Source: Geosiphon pyriformis uo1
Taxonomy: Eukaryota; Fungi; Glomeromycota
NCBI GenBank assembly: GCA_016748015.1
Contig: JAAOMT010000648.1
Location: forward strand, 124,001 to 188,000
Reading direction: 5' to 3'
DNA length: 64,000 nt
Each line of letters starts with the position of its first letter. The stretch's first letter is position 1. The position numbers and the translations under genes were made by a program. Of this stretch, positions 1 to 12,528 are shown in pieces. A model generated the notes under the pieces. The model made no database searches and was not told the DNA's origin. It saw nothing but the letters and a program-made list of their open reading frames with translations.

Positions 1-578
1 ATTAATAAACTTAATTATTCATTTAAGATTTTTTGTAATAGTTTAATTAATGTTTTTTTTATATTTATTTTATTCTTAACAAATTGTTAATCTTTTTTTT
101 TTCTTTTTTTTATATAATAAACTTTGTATTTAAATAACAATAATATTATTTTTTATTTAGTATTTTATTATTTATTAATTTTTTTTTTGCAATAATATTT
201 AATTTTTGTAATTAGTATAAATATCAAATTTTTTGTTAAGATATTTTTTTTATTTTATGATTACTTAATATTTTTTAATATTAAAATTTTATAGTTTTGT
301 TTATTAAATTTAAGTTTCTGTTAATATATGTTATTAAATGTTTTTATTATTTAGTTTTTATTATAATAGTATTATTTTTAATATAATTTCAAATATATTA
401 ATTATAATAATGAATAATTTATTATGATCTAAGTAAATTAAAATTAAAACTTTGTTTTAACTTTTTAAAAGCTTTTTATATATATATATATATTTATAAC
501 TGGTGTTTTTTATTTGTAATTAGTAAAGTAATTAAGTAATAATTAAGAAATTTTGAATAAATTGGCAATAATATTTAG

Positions 579-1043
579 TGTTACAAGTGATTATTTGGGA
601 TCTCAAAGCAAATAACAAATCTGTAACTTGGTGTTCAATTGATATAATGATGTTGGTTTCTGAAGATTTGGATTGGAGTTCTTTGTATAATAGACAGAAA
701 TTCAATAGTATTACAGTAGTCTCCTAGAATCACAATTCCATCAAATTTTTTTCTCAGTGTGGTGGCCAATATTCTGGCAGAGATGTCCTTTTAATAAGCT
801 ATCTTTATATTCTCAATTCTATACTTTTCTTTTAGGGTCTTTTACCAAGCTATCTTTTGACATTAATAATTTAGCACTTAATCTTTAATCAATTAATAAA
901 AACAAAAAAAAATAACAAAAGAAAATAAAAAAAATAAAAAAAAATAAAAAAATAGGTCAAAGCAATAAATGTTAATATTTTGTTAATAGCCATGATCAAG
1001 AGTTATTGTTTCAGTATGGTTAAGTATCAATTACTATTAACAT
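579..1043 (-). mobile_element. Solo LTR related to Gypsy family A, left part (split by the family B element)
   Basis: Starts TGTTACAAG at 579 and is the reverse complement of the 3' half of the family A LTR (cf. 5700-6196). Flanked by TTAG (575-578), matching CTAG (19331-19334) as a 4-bp TSD with one C>T change. Confidence 0.8.
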
Positions 1044-1742
1044 TGTTACAGGTTGGAGTAACAAGCTAATAGATAGCAAAGGAGAACAGGATTGTAGGGT
1101 AATAGAAATAATCAAAGGGGAATTTAACTTCAAAGAGTGAATTGAATAAGTATGGATTCAATGTGCAAGATCAGTCTCATAAAATATCTCAATCGCTATA
1201 CTTTTCAAAGATAACCAAGAAATCTGAAGGTAGAGAGATAGTCTGTACTGTCAACAAATGATCATATTTAGTATAATTCTATGTCTTATGTCAGCACTCT
1301 TAGAATTCAATATCAAGTATCAGATGTGCTCTTCAGTTATGTTTTATTCAATAATCTTTAAATACTTCATTTAATCGTTTTAGGAAAAGACAGATAAACA
1401 CCAACAAGAGATCTTTTATCCAAAAGATGTTCAGATACTTGAAGGTAGGAAAAGAAAAATTAGTGATAAGAAAATGTTTGAGATAAAAGTTGCTTTATTA
1501 TATTTCTTTGATTGTTGAGAACATATTTTTCTACAATTAAGAGACTTATTGCTTATATAACTATGAAAAATAGTCAACGATTAGGTCAATGATCAGATCA
1601 ATGATTAGGTTAATGATCAGGTCAACGGTCAGATCATTAATCAGGTCAATAATTACTATCTAAAAATAAGTTGGCTAATTATATGACATCAGTGGCTAAT
1701 ACATATAATAACTAATAAAAACTATGAGTTTCAACCATAACA
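1044..1742 (-). repeat. 3' LTR of family B element
   Basis: TGTTACAGGTTGG...CAACCATAACA; direct repeat of 18194-18868; contains 12-bp GGTCAATGATCA-like tandem units at about 1572-1652. Confidence 0.92.
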
Positions 1743-2464
1743 TCATCCTCTTCAAAGAGATTGAGCTCCAGCAAAATCAAACTATTTATGGAATATTCTA
1801 ATTGAAGGGTTTTATCTAACTCAAAACTAACTAGTTTGTTAAAGTCTTTTGTGAATAAAGTGTATAGTACTTGAGGTGAAATAAGCTTTGTATTCAAGAG
1901 ACTAAACCTTTGTATAAGAGTTTTGGCTCTTCTGGCAATGGTCAAAACTCTTGGGACATTTAACCATATAATGCCCAAAATTTCCACTTGTATCTCAGAA
2001 GTTGTTTTCTTCATGAGCTTCAGGTCTTCTATGATTTCAGCAAGATGACCATAGAGCTCTAGTTGTCTTCCATATGACAAGTTTTTGTCTATGGGCAAGA
2101 TTTTTTTAATTGTTTTTCCAATTGTGGTAGAAGGTACAAGTATTGCTGCTATTATGCTTTCCAACAGATACTTATCTATTTTGCTACCAATTTTTTTTCT
2201 TCTGGTAATTGTTTTTTTTGGTCTGATAATAGTATGAGTTCTACTGTTGTCAGTTATTGTGGTCTGTTTTCCAATAGTCAAGGTAGCATTTGGATAGTTT
2301 TTGATCCAATACTCATGAAGAGTATAGAAAACATTTTGAATGTTTTGATCCAGAAAATAATTGTTTATGTTGATTGAAAATACCTCTGTTTTGGGAATAA
2401 TGCATTTATTTATACTTGGTTTTTGCTGATCATTTGGATCAGTATTACCACAACTGGTAACCAA
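1712..2464 (-). CDS. Family B ORF3: unknown protein of about 230-250 aa between integrase and 3' LTR
   Basis: Uninterrupted 250-codon sense ORF that runs through the PPT into the LTR. No recognisable domain; the true start codon is uncertain. Confidence 0.6.
   Translation of the reverse strand: MVTSCGNTDPNDQQKPSINKCIIPKTEVFSININNYFLDQNIQNVFYTLHEYWIKNYPNATLTIGKQTTITDNSRTHTIIRPKKTITRRKKIGSKIDKYLLESIIAAILVPSTTIGKTIKKILPIDKNLSYGRQLELYGHLAEIIEDLKLMKKTTSEIQVEILGIIWLNVPRVLTIARRAKTLIQRFSLLNTKLISPQVLYTLFTKDFNKLVSFELDKTLQLEYSINSLILLELNLFEEDDVMVETHSFY
1743..1753 (-). promoter_or_regulatory. Polypurine tract of family B element
   Basis: Minus strand reads GAAGAGGATGA immediately before the 3' LTR. Confidence 0.7.
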
Positions 2465-3723
2465 TCAGGTTATTTGTGATATTTCTTAAGTTGCATGCCA
2501 TAAATAAGTCGATTATTAAAGATTGTTCCAGATTGATCTTGAAGAATATAAGAACCATTGTTCAAAACTTTGTTGACTATAAAGGGTTCTTTCCACTGGC
2601 TAGAGAATTTATTACCATAAACATTGTCTCTGTCTAAACGGTATTCTAATACCAAGTCACCAATACTTAAAGAAAGTGTTTTATAAGTTTTCTTCTTTTT
2701 AAGCTTTTCTTGGAACTGTTTTATCTTTTCAAAGGCAATTATTTGTGTTTCTACAAGTGAGTCAAAAATGGTACCAAGTCTCCTTTGCAAAATGTCTTTG
2801 TAATTCCCTATTGTGATCTTTTCAAAGGGTATTGTCTTAATATCAGTTTCTATTAGTAGTGTTGCCATTTGTCCATAGAGCAGATAAAAAAATTCATAAC
2901 TTGTTATGTCATGATTCACAGTTCTATAAGCAAACAAAGCTGAAGGTAGTACTTTGTCCCATAAATTTGTTTCTTTACTTGTTTTGGCTAGAGTTTCACA
3001 CAGTGTTCTATTAAAACATTTCACTAGACTATTTGTTTGGGGGTGATAAGGGAAAAAAAGTTTGTGACATATTCTTATTTTTCTATAAAGTTCTTCAACC
3101 AGTGTACTAAGAAAAGCTCTTCCTCTATCAAATAATAGTTCTTTGGAGCAGTCATAATGACAAATGATATCTTTATAAATGAAATTGGCTATTAAAACTG
3201 TTGTTTGATCTGAAGTGGCTCTTGCTTCTATCCACTTTATAAGATAGTTGGTAGCTGTGATGATGTATCTGTTGCCATTAGGAGTTATTGTTAAAGATCC
3301 AACAACATCTATATCAATTCTGTCAAATGGTTAACCAACAGAGATTGGATGGATATCTTCTTTGCGATTGGGTTTTCCTCTTTTTTGGCAAGTATTACAG
3401 GTTTTAATGTATTCAGCAATGTCTTTTCCCAAGATAGGCCAATAATAGCGAGCTAAGGTTTTCTGAATTGTTTTTGTTTTTCCAAAGTGTCCAGCTAATG
3501 GATCAGTATGCATATTGTAGATCACAATTTCTCTTTCTTCAAATCTTATGACTCTTTGGGGATGGTCAGAATCTTTTCTATTTTTTTTGTATAACTGGTT
3601 CTGGTGGATTAAATAGAAATTTGATTGTTTGTGCAAATGTTCTCTTTGCTGTCGATTGTATTCCAGTAGGTATTGTCCTTTACCCAAAAATTCCATTAAG
3701 ACAGAGTAGTTGTCCAAATCCAT
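2440..3723 (-). pseudogene. Family B integrase (separate reading frame with its own ATG)
   Basis: MDLDNY start; H2C2 motif MHTDPLAGH...CNTCQ; rve core (FNRTL, LFAYRT); GPY/F-like C-terminus IGDLVL...WKEPF. Confidence 0.88.
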
Positions 3724-3725
3724 TA

Positions 3726-5364
3726 TTGTGTTTGGTTGTAAAAGAATTACTAATAATTAGATTGGTTTGGTTTGAGGTAGTTGTACTGTCACTAGATGGT
3801 AAGTTTAGAGAGAGTGTTGGCATTTTGATAATATGCTCCTTTGCAATATTGAATGTCATAATCAAATTTGTCCAAGTGGAGTATCCAGTAAGTTATTCTT
3901 TTATGTTCCAGCTTCTTTTTGTTGTGTAACCAAACCAGAGCTTGGTGATTTGTTACCACCAAAAACTTTACCCCCAAGAGATACTTATCCTAGTAACTAG
4001 TAGCCCAGACTACTGCTAAGCATTTCTGCTTAGTAACTGAATAGTTCTGTTCTGCTAATGTAAGGGTTTTACTGGCATATGCTATTGCATGTTCTCTGCC
4101 ATCTTCATCTTTTTGTGACAGGACAGCACCAAGTCCATAACCAAATGCATCAGTATGAAGGATAAAAGGTTGATTCAGATCGGATTGCTTGAGAATAGAT
4201 TCTATAACCAATTTTTCTTTGAGAGTTTCAAATGCTTTCTGCTGATGTGTACCCTAGTGGTAATTGACATTTTTTCTAAGTAGCTGATTGAGTAAAGAGG
4301 TGATTTTGGAAAAATCCTTGACAAATTTTCGATAATAAAAAGCCAAACCAAGGAAAGAGCACAGTTCATGAACATTCATTGGTTGTCTAATGTTCTGGAC
4401 TTTTTCAATCTTGGCTGAGTCAGGAAAGATTTCATTTTTTGTAATAAGATGGCCAAGAAATTGGGTTGATTGCCATTTAAAGAAAGATTTGATTGGGTTT
4501 ATCTTAAGGCCAGCATTTCTAAGGAGGTCAAAAACTTTTTGCAAATGTTTAAGATGTTCATCCCAGGTTTTTGAGTACACTATTATGTTATCTAAATAAA
4601 CCAGAACAAAATTTTCTTTCACTGATTCAAATACTTTGTCCATTAAGTGTTAAAAGATGGGAGGAGCATTGGTAAGACCAAAAGACATAACTGTAAATTC
4701 ATAGGTGCCATACTTGGTTATGAAAACAGTTTTCTTCCGACTTTCTGGATCCATCTCTACTTGCCAAAATCCAGCAGTTAGATCAATAGTTGAGAAGAAA
4801 GCAGCACTCTTGAATTGATCTAGCATTGCATCAATTTTAGGAAGTGGGTACATGTCTCTTTCAGTAATGGCATTTAATTGGTGATAATTGACACAGAAGT
4901 GCAGGGTTCCACCTTTCTTGGATACCACTACAACTGGGAAAGTCCATTCACTCTTGGTTTTTTGTATGAATCCAAGATCTTTCATTCGTTTTATTTCTTT
5001 TTTGATGAACTCATCATTGTGGCAATTGGATTGATATGGCTTTAGATAGATGGGGCAAGTTTTTCTGGTGGTGATAGTGTGTTGTATCACATGAGTTTGT
5101 CCAGGAGTATCATCTTCTTTTGAGATAACTGGGCTGTTTCTAGCCAGCAGATTTTCAATGTCTATTTTTCTTTCTTCTGGAAAGGGTTCTCTTTGTTCTA
5201 CAACTAGTGATTAGATTTCAGGTGGTTCATTTTCAAAGGACTTTTGGACTTCTTTCAATTCTTCTCTAGGTATCAAACTGATTGGTTCCCAATCTTTGTA
5301 ATAGATTAGGCATAATTTGCATTCATCACTAGGAAAATACAAGGGTTGGTTGCACCAGCACTGA
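3726..5364 (-). pseudogene. pol: Family B pol, 3' part: reverse transcriptase and RNase H
   Basis: FCVNYHQLN, IDLTAGFWQ, VYLDNIIVYS (YxDD box), LHTDAFGYGLGAVLSQ and VVTNHQAL, in one frame with in-frame stops. Confidence 0.92.
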
Positions 5365-6196
5365 TGTTATTCATAGAAATATAGGAAATATATTAGCATG
5401 ATTATTAGCCAATCAAAAGTAGGCGTAGTAAATGTGAAATTCCAGGATTTCTCTTAGGAATTGCAGGATTCTAGGAATTTCAGGATTCTCCGATAAGAAA
5501 TCGCAGAATTCCAGAAATTCTAAAATTCCTGTTATGAAGAATTGAGAAATTGAGGAATCTCAATTATGTATATATAGCAGCAGGATTAAAAGCTAAAAAG
5601 ACAGACCTCTCAGTTTAGATTTAATCTAAACAACCTTCCAGTTCCCAATTATCAAATAAAATAATTATTTTATATCTCAATCCACTCTTCACTATTAACA
5701 CTTCATGTTGATAGTAATTGATACTTAACCATGCTGGAACAATAGCTCTTGATCATGGCTATTGACAGGATATTAACTTACCAAATTGTTTTGGCTTATT
5801 TTCATCATCGTTATTTTTTTTATTTTATTTATTTCTTTTTTTGATTTTGTTGTGCCTACTAATTGATTGAGAATTAAAAGTGCTGAGTTATTGATGTCAT
5901 GAATAGTCTGGTAAAAGACCCAGAAATAAAGGTAGATTTATATATATTATCAGTTAGCTTACCAAAAGAGCATGACTGTCAGAATAAATCCAGCCACCAA
6001 GCTGAGAAAAAAATTGGGAAACAACTGACAACAAATAATAAATTGCCACACTATTGAATCTCTGTCTATTATACAAAGGACTCTATCAAAACCTTCAGAT
6101 ACAACACTTTCATAATATCATCAATGGAAATAGCTTTTGAGCACCATGTTACAGATTTGTTATTTGACTTGAGACTCCAAATATTCAACTATAATA
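5365..6196 (+). repeat. 5' LTR of family A element
   Basis: TGTTATTCATAG...CAACTATAATA, with an internal GGAATTCCA/GGATTC-type tandem array. Confidence 0.92.
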
Positions 6197-6198
6197 TT

Positions 6199-6216
6199 TG
6201 GTGCTCCCTGTGAGGT
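6199..6216 (+). promoter_or_regulatory. Primer-binding site of family A element
   Basis: TGGTGCTCCCTGTGAGGT lies 2 nt after the LTR and is complementary to a tRNA 3' end (..CCUCACAGGGAGCACCA). The isotype was not determined. Confidence 0.88.
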
Positions 6217-9200
6217 ATAATCTTACAGAAAACCAGCACCGACAACACCAAACCAAAAGTAGCAGAATCAGAAATAATAGGGACAAACCATTTAGGATTT
6301 GCGAAATCCTTATTTTAACAGTACAGCCAGCAGCTAGGCCTAAACAACAACCATTACCCAGCAGAATCAGTTTTCAACTTCTATGTCAATGAAAGAATCA
6401 CAGATTTCCTAGGAAGACCAGTTGACATTAAATCAGCAAGAGAAAATTTCTATTCAGAACTAATCCAACACACCAACTTACCAAGAAATCACAGCTTTGC
6501 ATCCATTATCAGAGAAATCAACTAAGAAATTGAAAAATATACACAAAGGACATTCCCTATTACTTACTAGGACAAAGACAAAAGAAAACTACAGACACCA
6601 GCAGTAACACCCAAAGGAATACAAATTCCTAACTGGAAAAAACAAAGAATTGAATCTCCAATATATTCATTATATCATCACACACCCGGAAGTACCATCA
6701 ACATCACATTAGCAGATGCATCCACTAGTAAAAAAATGCCACTAGCAAGAATCATGCTTTAGAGTAAACAAAAGAAAAACGAACTATTAGGAGCATACGG
6801 CAATTATTTTGAAGGATTTAAATCGAGATTGCCAACACCATCAGGATTTCGATCACCACCTTATTAGCCAGATTTCGGAACCATCAGTCCCTGAGAAATT
6901 ACTGAATCAGAAGAAAAAGAAGAAGAAGATCAGGAAGTTAATTACCAAAACCCGATCCTAGAAAACCTGAACATTCAAACTTAGCAATATTTAGAAAATT
7001 CGGAAATTGAAACTCCAAATATTCAAACCCTGTCAAATCAAAGAAATCAAAACCCCAAGTTAATTCATTAGCAAAATCTACCTCCAGTTATCATCATTGA
7101 TCAACCACCAATTAAGCTGATCGGTGAGCCAATTCAACCACCTCAAGTACCACCCCAACTACTGTTACCTTTTCAATAACCACTTTAACAGCCACCACAA
7201 CCACCCAACTTAGATTCAATGGCCTACGCACCAATTGCAAAACTTGACAACTTTACTGGCAAAGAAAACGACACTCAAGTATTGCTGAATGATATAGAAA
7301 AGGCCATCACAGCCAATGGATAGAATGACGTCTGAGCAATGCAAGCCATTCTCTACTTTCTCAAGAATACCACTGATTCATGGTACCAGAGCTTGATTAA
7401 TAAACCACAAGATTTTAATGCCTTCAAAGTGGAATTCCTAAGATACTTTAGCAACAATAACAGCATCAATTGTTTAGTCAACACGTTTACCACCATAAAA
7501 CAAAGAGAAACTGAAACAGTCACCACTTACCTGGGATGCTTCCATCAAAATCTGTGCCAAATTCAAGCAATTGATGCCAACTATTTCACAGCACCACAGA
7601 TCTTCAACCAGTTTATCCGTGGCCTGTGCAGCAGCATCTTGCAACATGTACATCCATTACATTCTGGCACACTTCAAGACGCAGTCACACGCACCAGAGA
7701 TTTTGAATCCACTGAGTCAGAGGCCAACCATGCCCAAGCCGTTAATCTAGTAATGAATAGATCATCTGAATTGGATTCCAAATTGGAGAAATTCAGTGAA
7801 TCAATTAATAAGAGATTAGAAGAATACTTAGTTGACAATCACGCCATTTATCAGTCTCCACAATGACACAATAATCAAGGAAACTCTAATTGTGGCCAAA
7901 ATCAACCACATCTATTTTTATCAACCAATCAACAGTGGCAACAGGAAACGCATATCTGCCACTATTATGATAAACAAGGACATATTTAAATCAACTGCTG
8001 CCAGCATTTAAATAACCAATGATCAGGAAATCAATATTGAAACTCTGATCGCTGGTTCTTAACTCCGAATCATCAATCAAATGCCACACAGTATCAACAC
8101 TTACCTCATTATGCACCAATAATGCAGCAATCAATTTATCAACTACCAGTATATCAAGCTCCAATTTATCAACCAACGGCCCCAATTTATTAGCCACAGC
8201 CACAGGTAATATATCAACTACAACTGCCAACAATCTATTAACCCCAAACAATTCAGACCCTGCCACAAAACTTATCTGCCAGTGGAGTCCAAAGACTGAG
8301 AATCATGCAGCAAAACTGGAGATCGTCAATGGTAGTTTATCAGCCAATTTCCAGCTCCTCCAGTCAAACAAGATCTTGTCAATGGAATTCAGACGCTGGT
8401 AATCCCCAAAACCTGAATTCTCAGAACTATTTAAGTCTCCTGGTTATCCCAGAAGATGCCTCACCCAGCAACCAAGAACTCATCCAAAAACAACAAACAC
8501 TTACTAGCAATATTCTGCCAATAACAGTTACCAACAATGAATCACTAGCCACTATCTTCCCATTCGAGATCGAAAAACCATCAAGTACCCCATTATTTAG
8601 TGGAGCTACTCTCAATGAAAAACCCATCACTGTGATGTACACAAATGCTAAAGTTGATGGTCAATCCATCAAATTGATTCTCAATAGTGGTTCAGCAGGC
8701 AGTATTATCACATGACAACTCATGAACCAATTAGGTCGCTGAGTTGATTGAGCTGCCAGCACCAGAATCATCACAGCCAATGGAGCAACCAAAATTCCAA
8801 TCAGCAAAATTGACAACTTTCTTTTCAAAATCAATAGCATCATGACTCCCATTAAAGTTTTAGTGATGGAAGTCACTCAATACCAAGCTCTAATTGGTAA
8901 TGACTGGCTATTCAAAGTCAACATGACATTAGACTGGAACACCCAGGAACTTCAGCTAACATATCAGGACTAACACATACATGTACCAGCCATGTGTGGC
9001 CATTTCAAGACTTCTCCAAAAGAGAAACTATTGATCGAACTGGAGGAGGAGAAAGAGAAACCTACCTGGGAAGCTTACCAAGTCTCCTGGGCTGACGCTG
9101 ACCACAACAAACTACCACCTGTACTTTTATGGGATGACAAAGGAAAGAGAAAAGAAGAAAAAGAACTTACCTGGAGAACAAACCAAGGATCATGGAGTGA

Positions 9201-12200
9201 CAACGGCCAAAGCAAACCAGCCACTAAATGGAGTTGGGAAGAAAAAGTGAAAGGAAAGGAACAGAAAGGAGAACCAAAACAAACCACTTTCTTCACTTAT
9301 ATTCCATACTCGACACAATCTCAAAATACTTACTGTTGACCCAAACTCATATGTGTCAGTTGTGGTAAGAAACTGTCAACAATAGGCACATGTTGTAGTA
9401 AGGACAAAAAATAGATGACAGCAACCGAGTACTACTGTCATCCATGTATCTTTGAATGTGATGGATGGCTGCCAAAAATAAGAAAATGGGACAGTACTTT
9501 GTGTTTAGCTTGTGGAGAGACCCTGCTAGATGAAAGGATGTGGAACAACATCCCAGGACGTGGAGGAACATGCAACAAGTCATGTCAATACATGATTCTA
9601 ATAAACAACTGGATAAGAAAAGAAATCTCAATAGAAGCAGCCTGGAGAAGAGCCGTGCAGTAACTAAACAGTTGTTCACATGATGATGACAAAATTTGGA
9701 GAATGGCAATTGCCAAAATAGAAGAAGTGACACCCAAAGAGATCAGAGAAATCAAAAACAACTCACCAGAACCCATCAAGCTTGACTGGGACACAGAGCC
9801 AGTCATAAATTTTCTGAAACCAGAAAAGTTCTATGAACACTATCAAAACTTGGCATCCACTAGAGAAGAGCAAAAACAATGGCTAGCACAGTTGAATACA
9901 AGACTGTGTCACTATTGTTTAATTCCCAGTGACTTTGAATATTGTAATGATTGTGACCTCATTTACAATCCACCATCACGCATGATCTACACGATTCCCG
10001 AAGAGGAAGAACCAATCAGCAGCTGCACATCAGAGTTGAAATCACCGTTTGATCCTAATTCAAACCCCAACAACAATAACGACAAGAATAATGGTTCCAG
10101 CTCTGTTCAAAATAGCAATGACAATGACAATGATATCAACTCAGATTCAAACTCTGACTCAAACTATGAACAATATATCACACTTTTTGACCTCACCAAG
10201 GAACAAGAACTAAAATGGTTCAGCAATAATAATAAAGATATTATGCCAGAATGCACACACAATACTAATGCAGGATTTAATCTGAGATATCTGGGAACAG
10301 AAGCCATCAAATTGGAACCACATATGTGCACCTGCATTGATTTGAAAATAGCACTGGAAATTCCAGCAACAACAATGGTTCAATTAGCATCTAGGAGTAG
10401 TTTAGCAAAAAGAGGGATTAATATAAGAGGAAGAATAATTGACATGGGATATGTAGAAAATATCATCACTATGCTACAAAATGACTCAAACAAAGCCTAT
10501 ATAATAGAGCTAAACAAAAAGATAGCATAGACAATATTCTTACCTTTGGTTAAGATAGCTCAGTTAATACTAATAGAAAATAGGGAAGAGTTAGGAATAA
10601 CAGCAGGAGGGATACAGGGATTTAAGTCAATGGGTAGAATAAATGTACCAGTTAATATAGCGGAGGAAAAAATTGTTGGCCAAGGAGAAATTATCTCAAC
10701 CAGTCAAGCTATTTCCATTCCACCATATAGCCAGTACATGCTAGCAATAGAAAGGAAGAAAAAGGAGCAAAAACAGATTTTTGAAGCTGAAGCAAATTTT
10801 TGTGAATCAGGAGAAATTGGACTGATCAATCTCTACATACCAGCCAAAAGCTATAACCGCATAAAAATTCCCATCTACAACAACACTGGCAATATTATCA
10901 ACATACCAGAAGGAACCGCCATCGGATATTTAACCACAGAAATAGAAAACCAACCACCAAACTTCATTCCAGACTTTCCACAACTTTGTGGATATGTTGA
11001 CATCACATCACAAACAATCTATGGACAAGACAAATGTTATTTACTCCAACCAGAACAATTGGAACAAATGAACATAGAAAACTTAGATCCACTCCAATGT
11101 ATGCAGCTCAAGATGTTGCTCAACAATTTCAAGAACATCTTTGCCAGTAAAAACGAGTTTGGCTGAACTGACATCATCCAGCATCAGATCAAGACTCAAG
11201 ATACAATGCCAATCAAACAAAGAGCATACAGAGTACTGCCAGCCAGCCACAAGATCATTTGTCAAGAAATAAACTGAATGCTTGACAATAGGCTAATTCA
11301 ACCATCAATAAGCCCATGGTTGTCACCAGTGGTACTTGTCTGTAAAAAGAATGGGAAAATCCAATTTTGTGTGAACTACAGGAAACTCAACAGTGTAACT
11401 TATGGAGACAGCTATCCAACTCTACGAATACAGAAATTATTCAATGCTTTCAGTAGAAACAAATAGTTCTCAACATTAGACTTGAATAGTGGTTACTGGC
11501 AAGTAGCCATGGATCCAGCTGACAAGAAGAAGACAGCATTCACTACTAGAGAAAGGAATTTCAAATTTGAAGTAATGTCCTTCAGCTTAACCAATGTTCC
11601 AGCCACTTTCCAACAGCTAATGAAAATTGTTTATACTGGCTTATTGTGGAAATCAGTAATTGTATACTTGGATGACACTAATGTATTCTCAAAAACATTT
11701 GATGATCATTTTTATCATCTTCAACAAGTGTTCGAAAGGCTAAGAAGAGCAGAACTAAAGTTAAATACAACAAAGTGCTTCTTTGGCAAGACAGAACTAA
11801 AATTCTTGGGACACATAGTCAGTAAAGACGGCATTAAAACAAATCCAGAGAAAATAGAAATAGTAAAGAACTTTCCAGTACTAACCAATGTGACTAAATT
11901 AAAATTATTCTTGGGATTTGCAAGCTATTATTGATGCTTTATAAAGAACTTTTCAAAGATAGCTCAACTGCTCAATAATCTGCAAACCAAGAATACCAAA
12001 TATGAATGGACAGAAAGACAACAAGAAGCTTTTGATATTCTGAAAAGAAAGCTCATTCAAGCTCCAGTATTGATCTACTTAGATCACAACAAATCATTCA
12101 TCATTACCACTAATGCATCAGGCCAAGCATTGGGAGCAGTACTATCTCAGAAGAGACCAGATGGCAGAGAACATTCAGTAGCATATGCCAGCCAAGATCT

Positions 12201-12468
12201 AACACCAGCTGAAAAGAACTATGGAACACCAGAACTAGAACATTTAGCAATTTATTAGGCAGTCATGAAGTAGAATGAATACTTGAGCCAAAAGTTTGAT
12301 ATATACATAGATCATAAAGGGTTAACATCACTTCAAAAGCAAGAATTTGATGACAGCCGTCAATCCAGATGAAAAATGGCACTATCATGATATACTTATA
12401 CTATACACTATAAGAAAGGAAAAGACAATGGAAATGCCAACAGTTTGTTGTGAATAAGACAAATCTAA
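6217..12468 (+). pseudogene. gag-pol: Family A single-frame Gag-PR-dUTPase-RT-RNase H polyprotein, with nonsense mutations
   Basis: All ORF-track pieces from 7339 to 12070 share frame 1. Motifs: capsid TIKQRETETV, knuckle CHYYDKQGHI*INC, protease LILNSGSAGSII, RT VYLDDTNVFS, RNase H ITTNASGQALGAVLSQ. Confidence 0.92.
10243..10640 (+). pseudogene. dut: Trimeric dUTPase domain within family A Pol
   Basis: Five dUTPase motifs in order: AGFNL, SRSS, IIDMGYVENI, KIA*(Q), and GGIQGFKSMG (RGxxGFGSTG). Confidence 0.88.
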
Positions 12469-12528
12469 GAACATTTCAACCCAAAAATATAACAAAAACC
12501 AGAACAATACCAATAAAAATAATAAAAG

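Noticed and set aside
1712-2464. ORF3 as a retroviral envelope gene
   Set aside because: It is too short, with no signal peptide and no convincing transmembrane anchor.
5437-5560. Periodic repeats resembling a CRISPR array
   Set aside because: The units are short and degenerate, lack unique spacers, lie inside LTRs, and have no cas genes nearby.
6199-6216. tRNA gene
   Set aside because: It is only an 18-nt complement of a tRNA 3' end including CCA, which is a primer-binding site.
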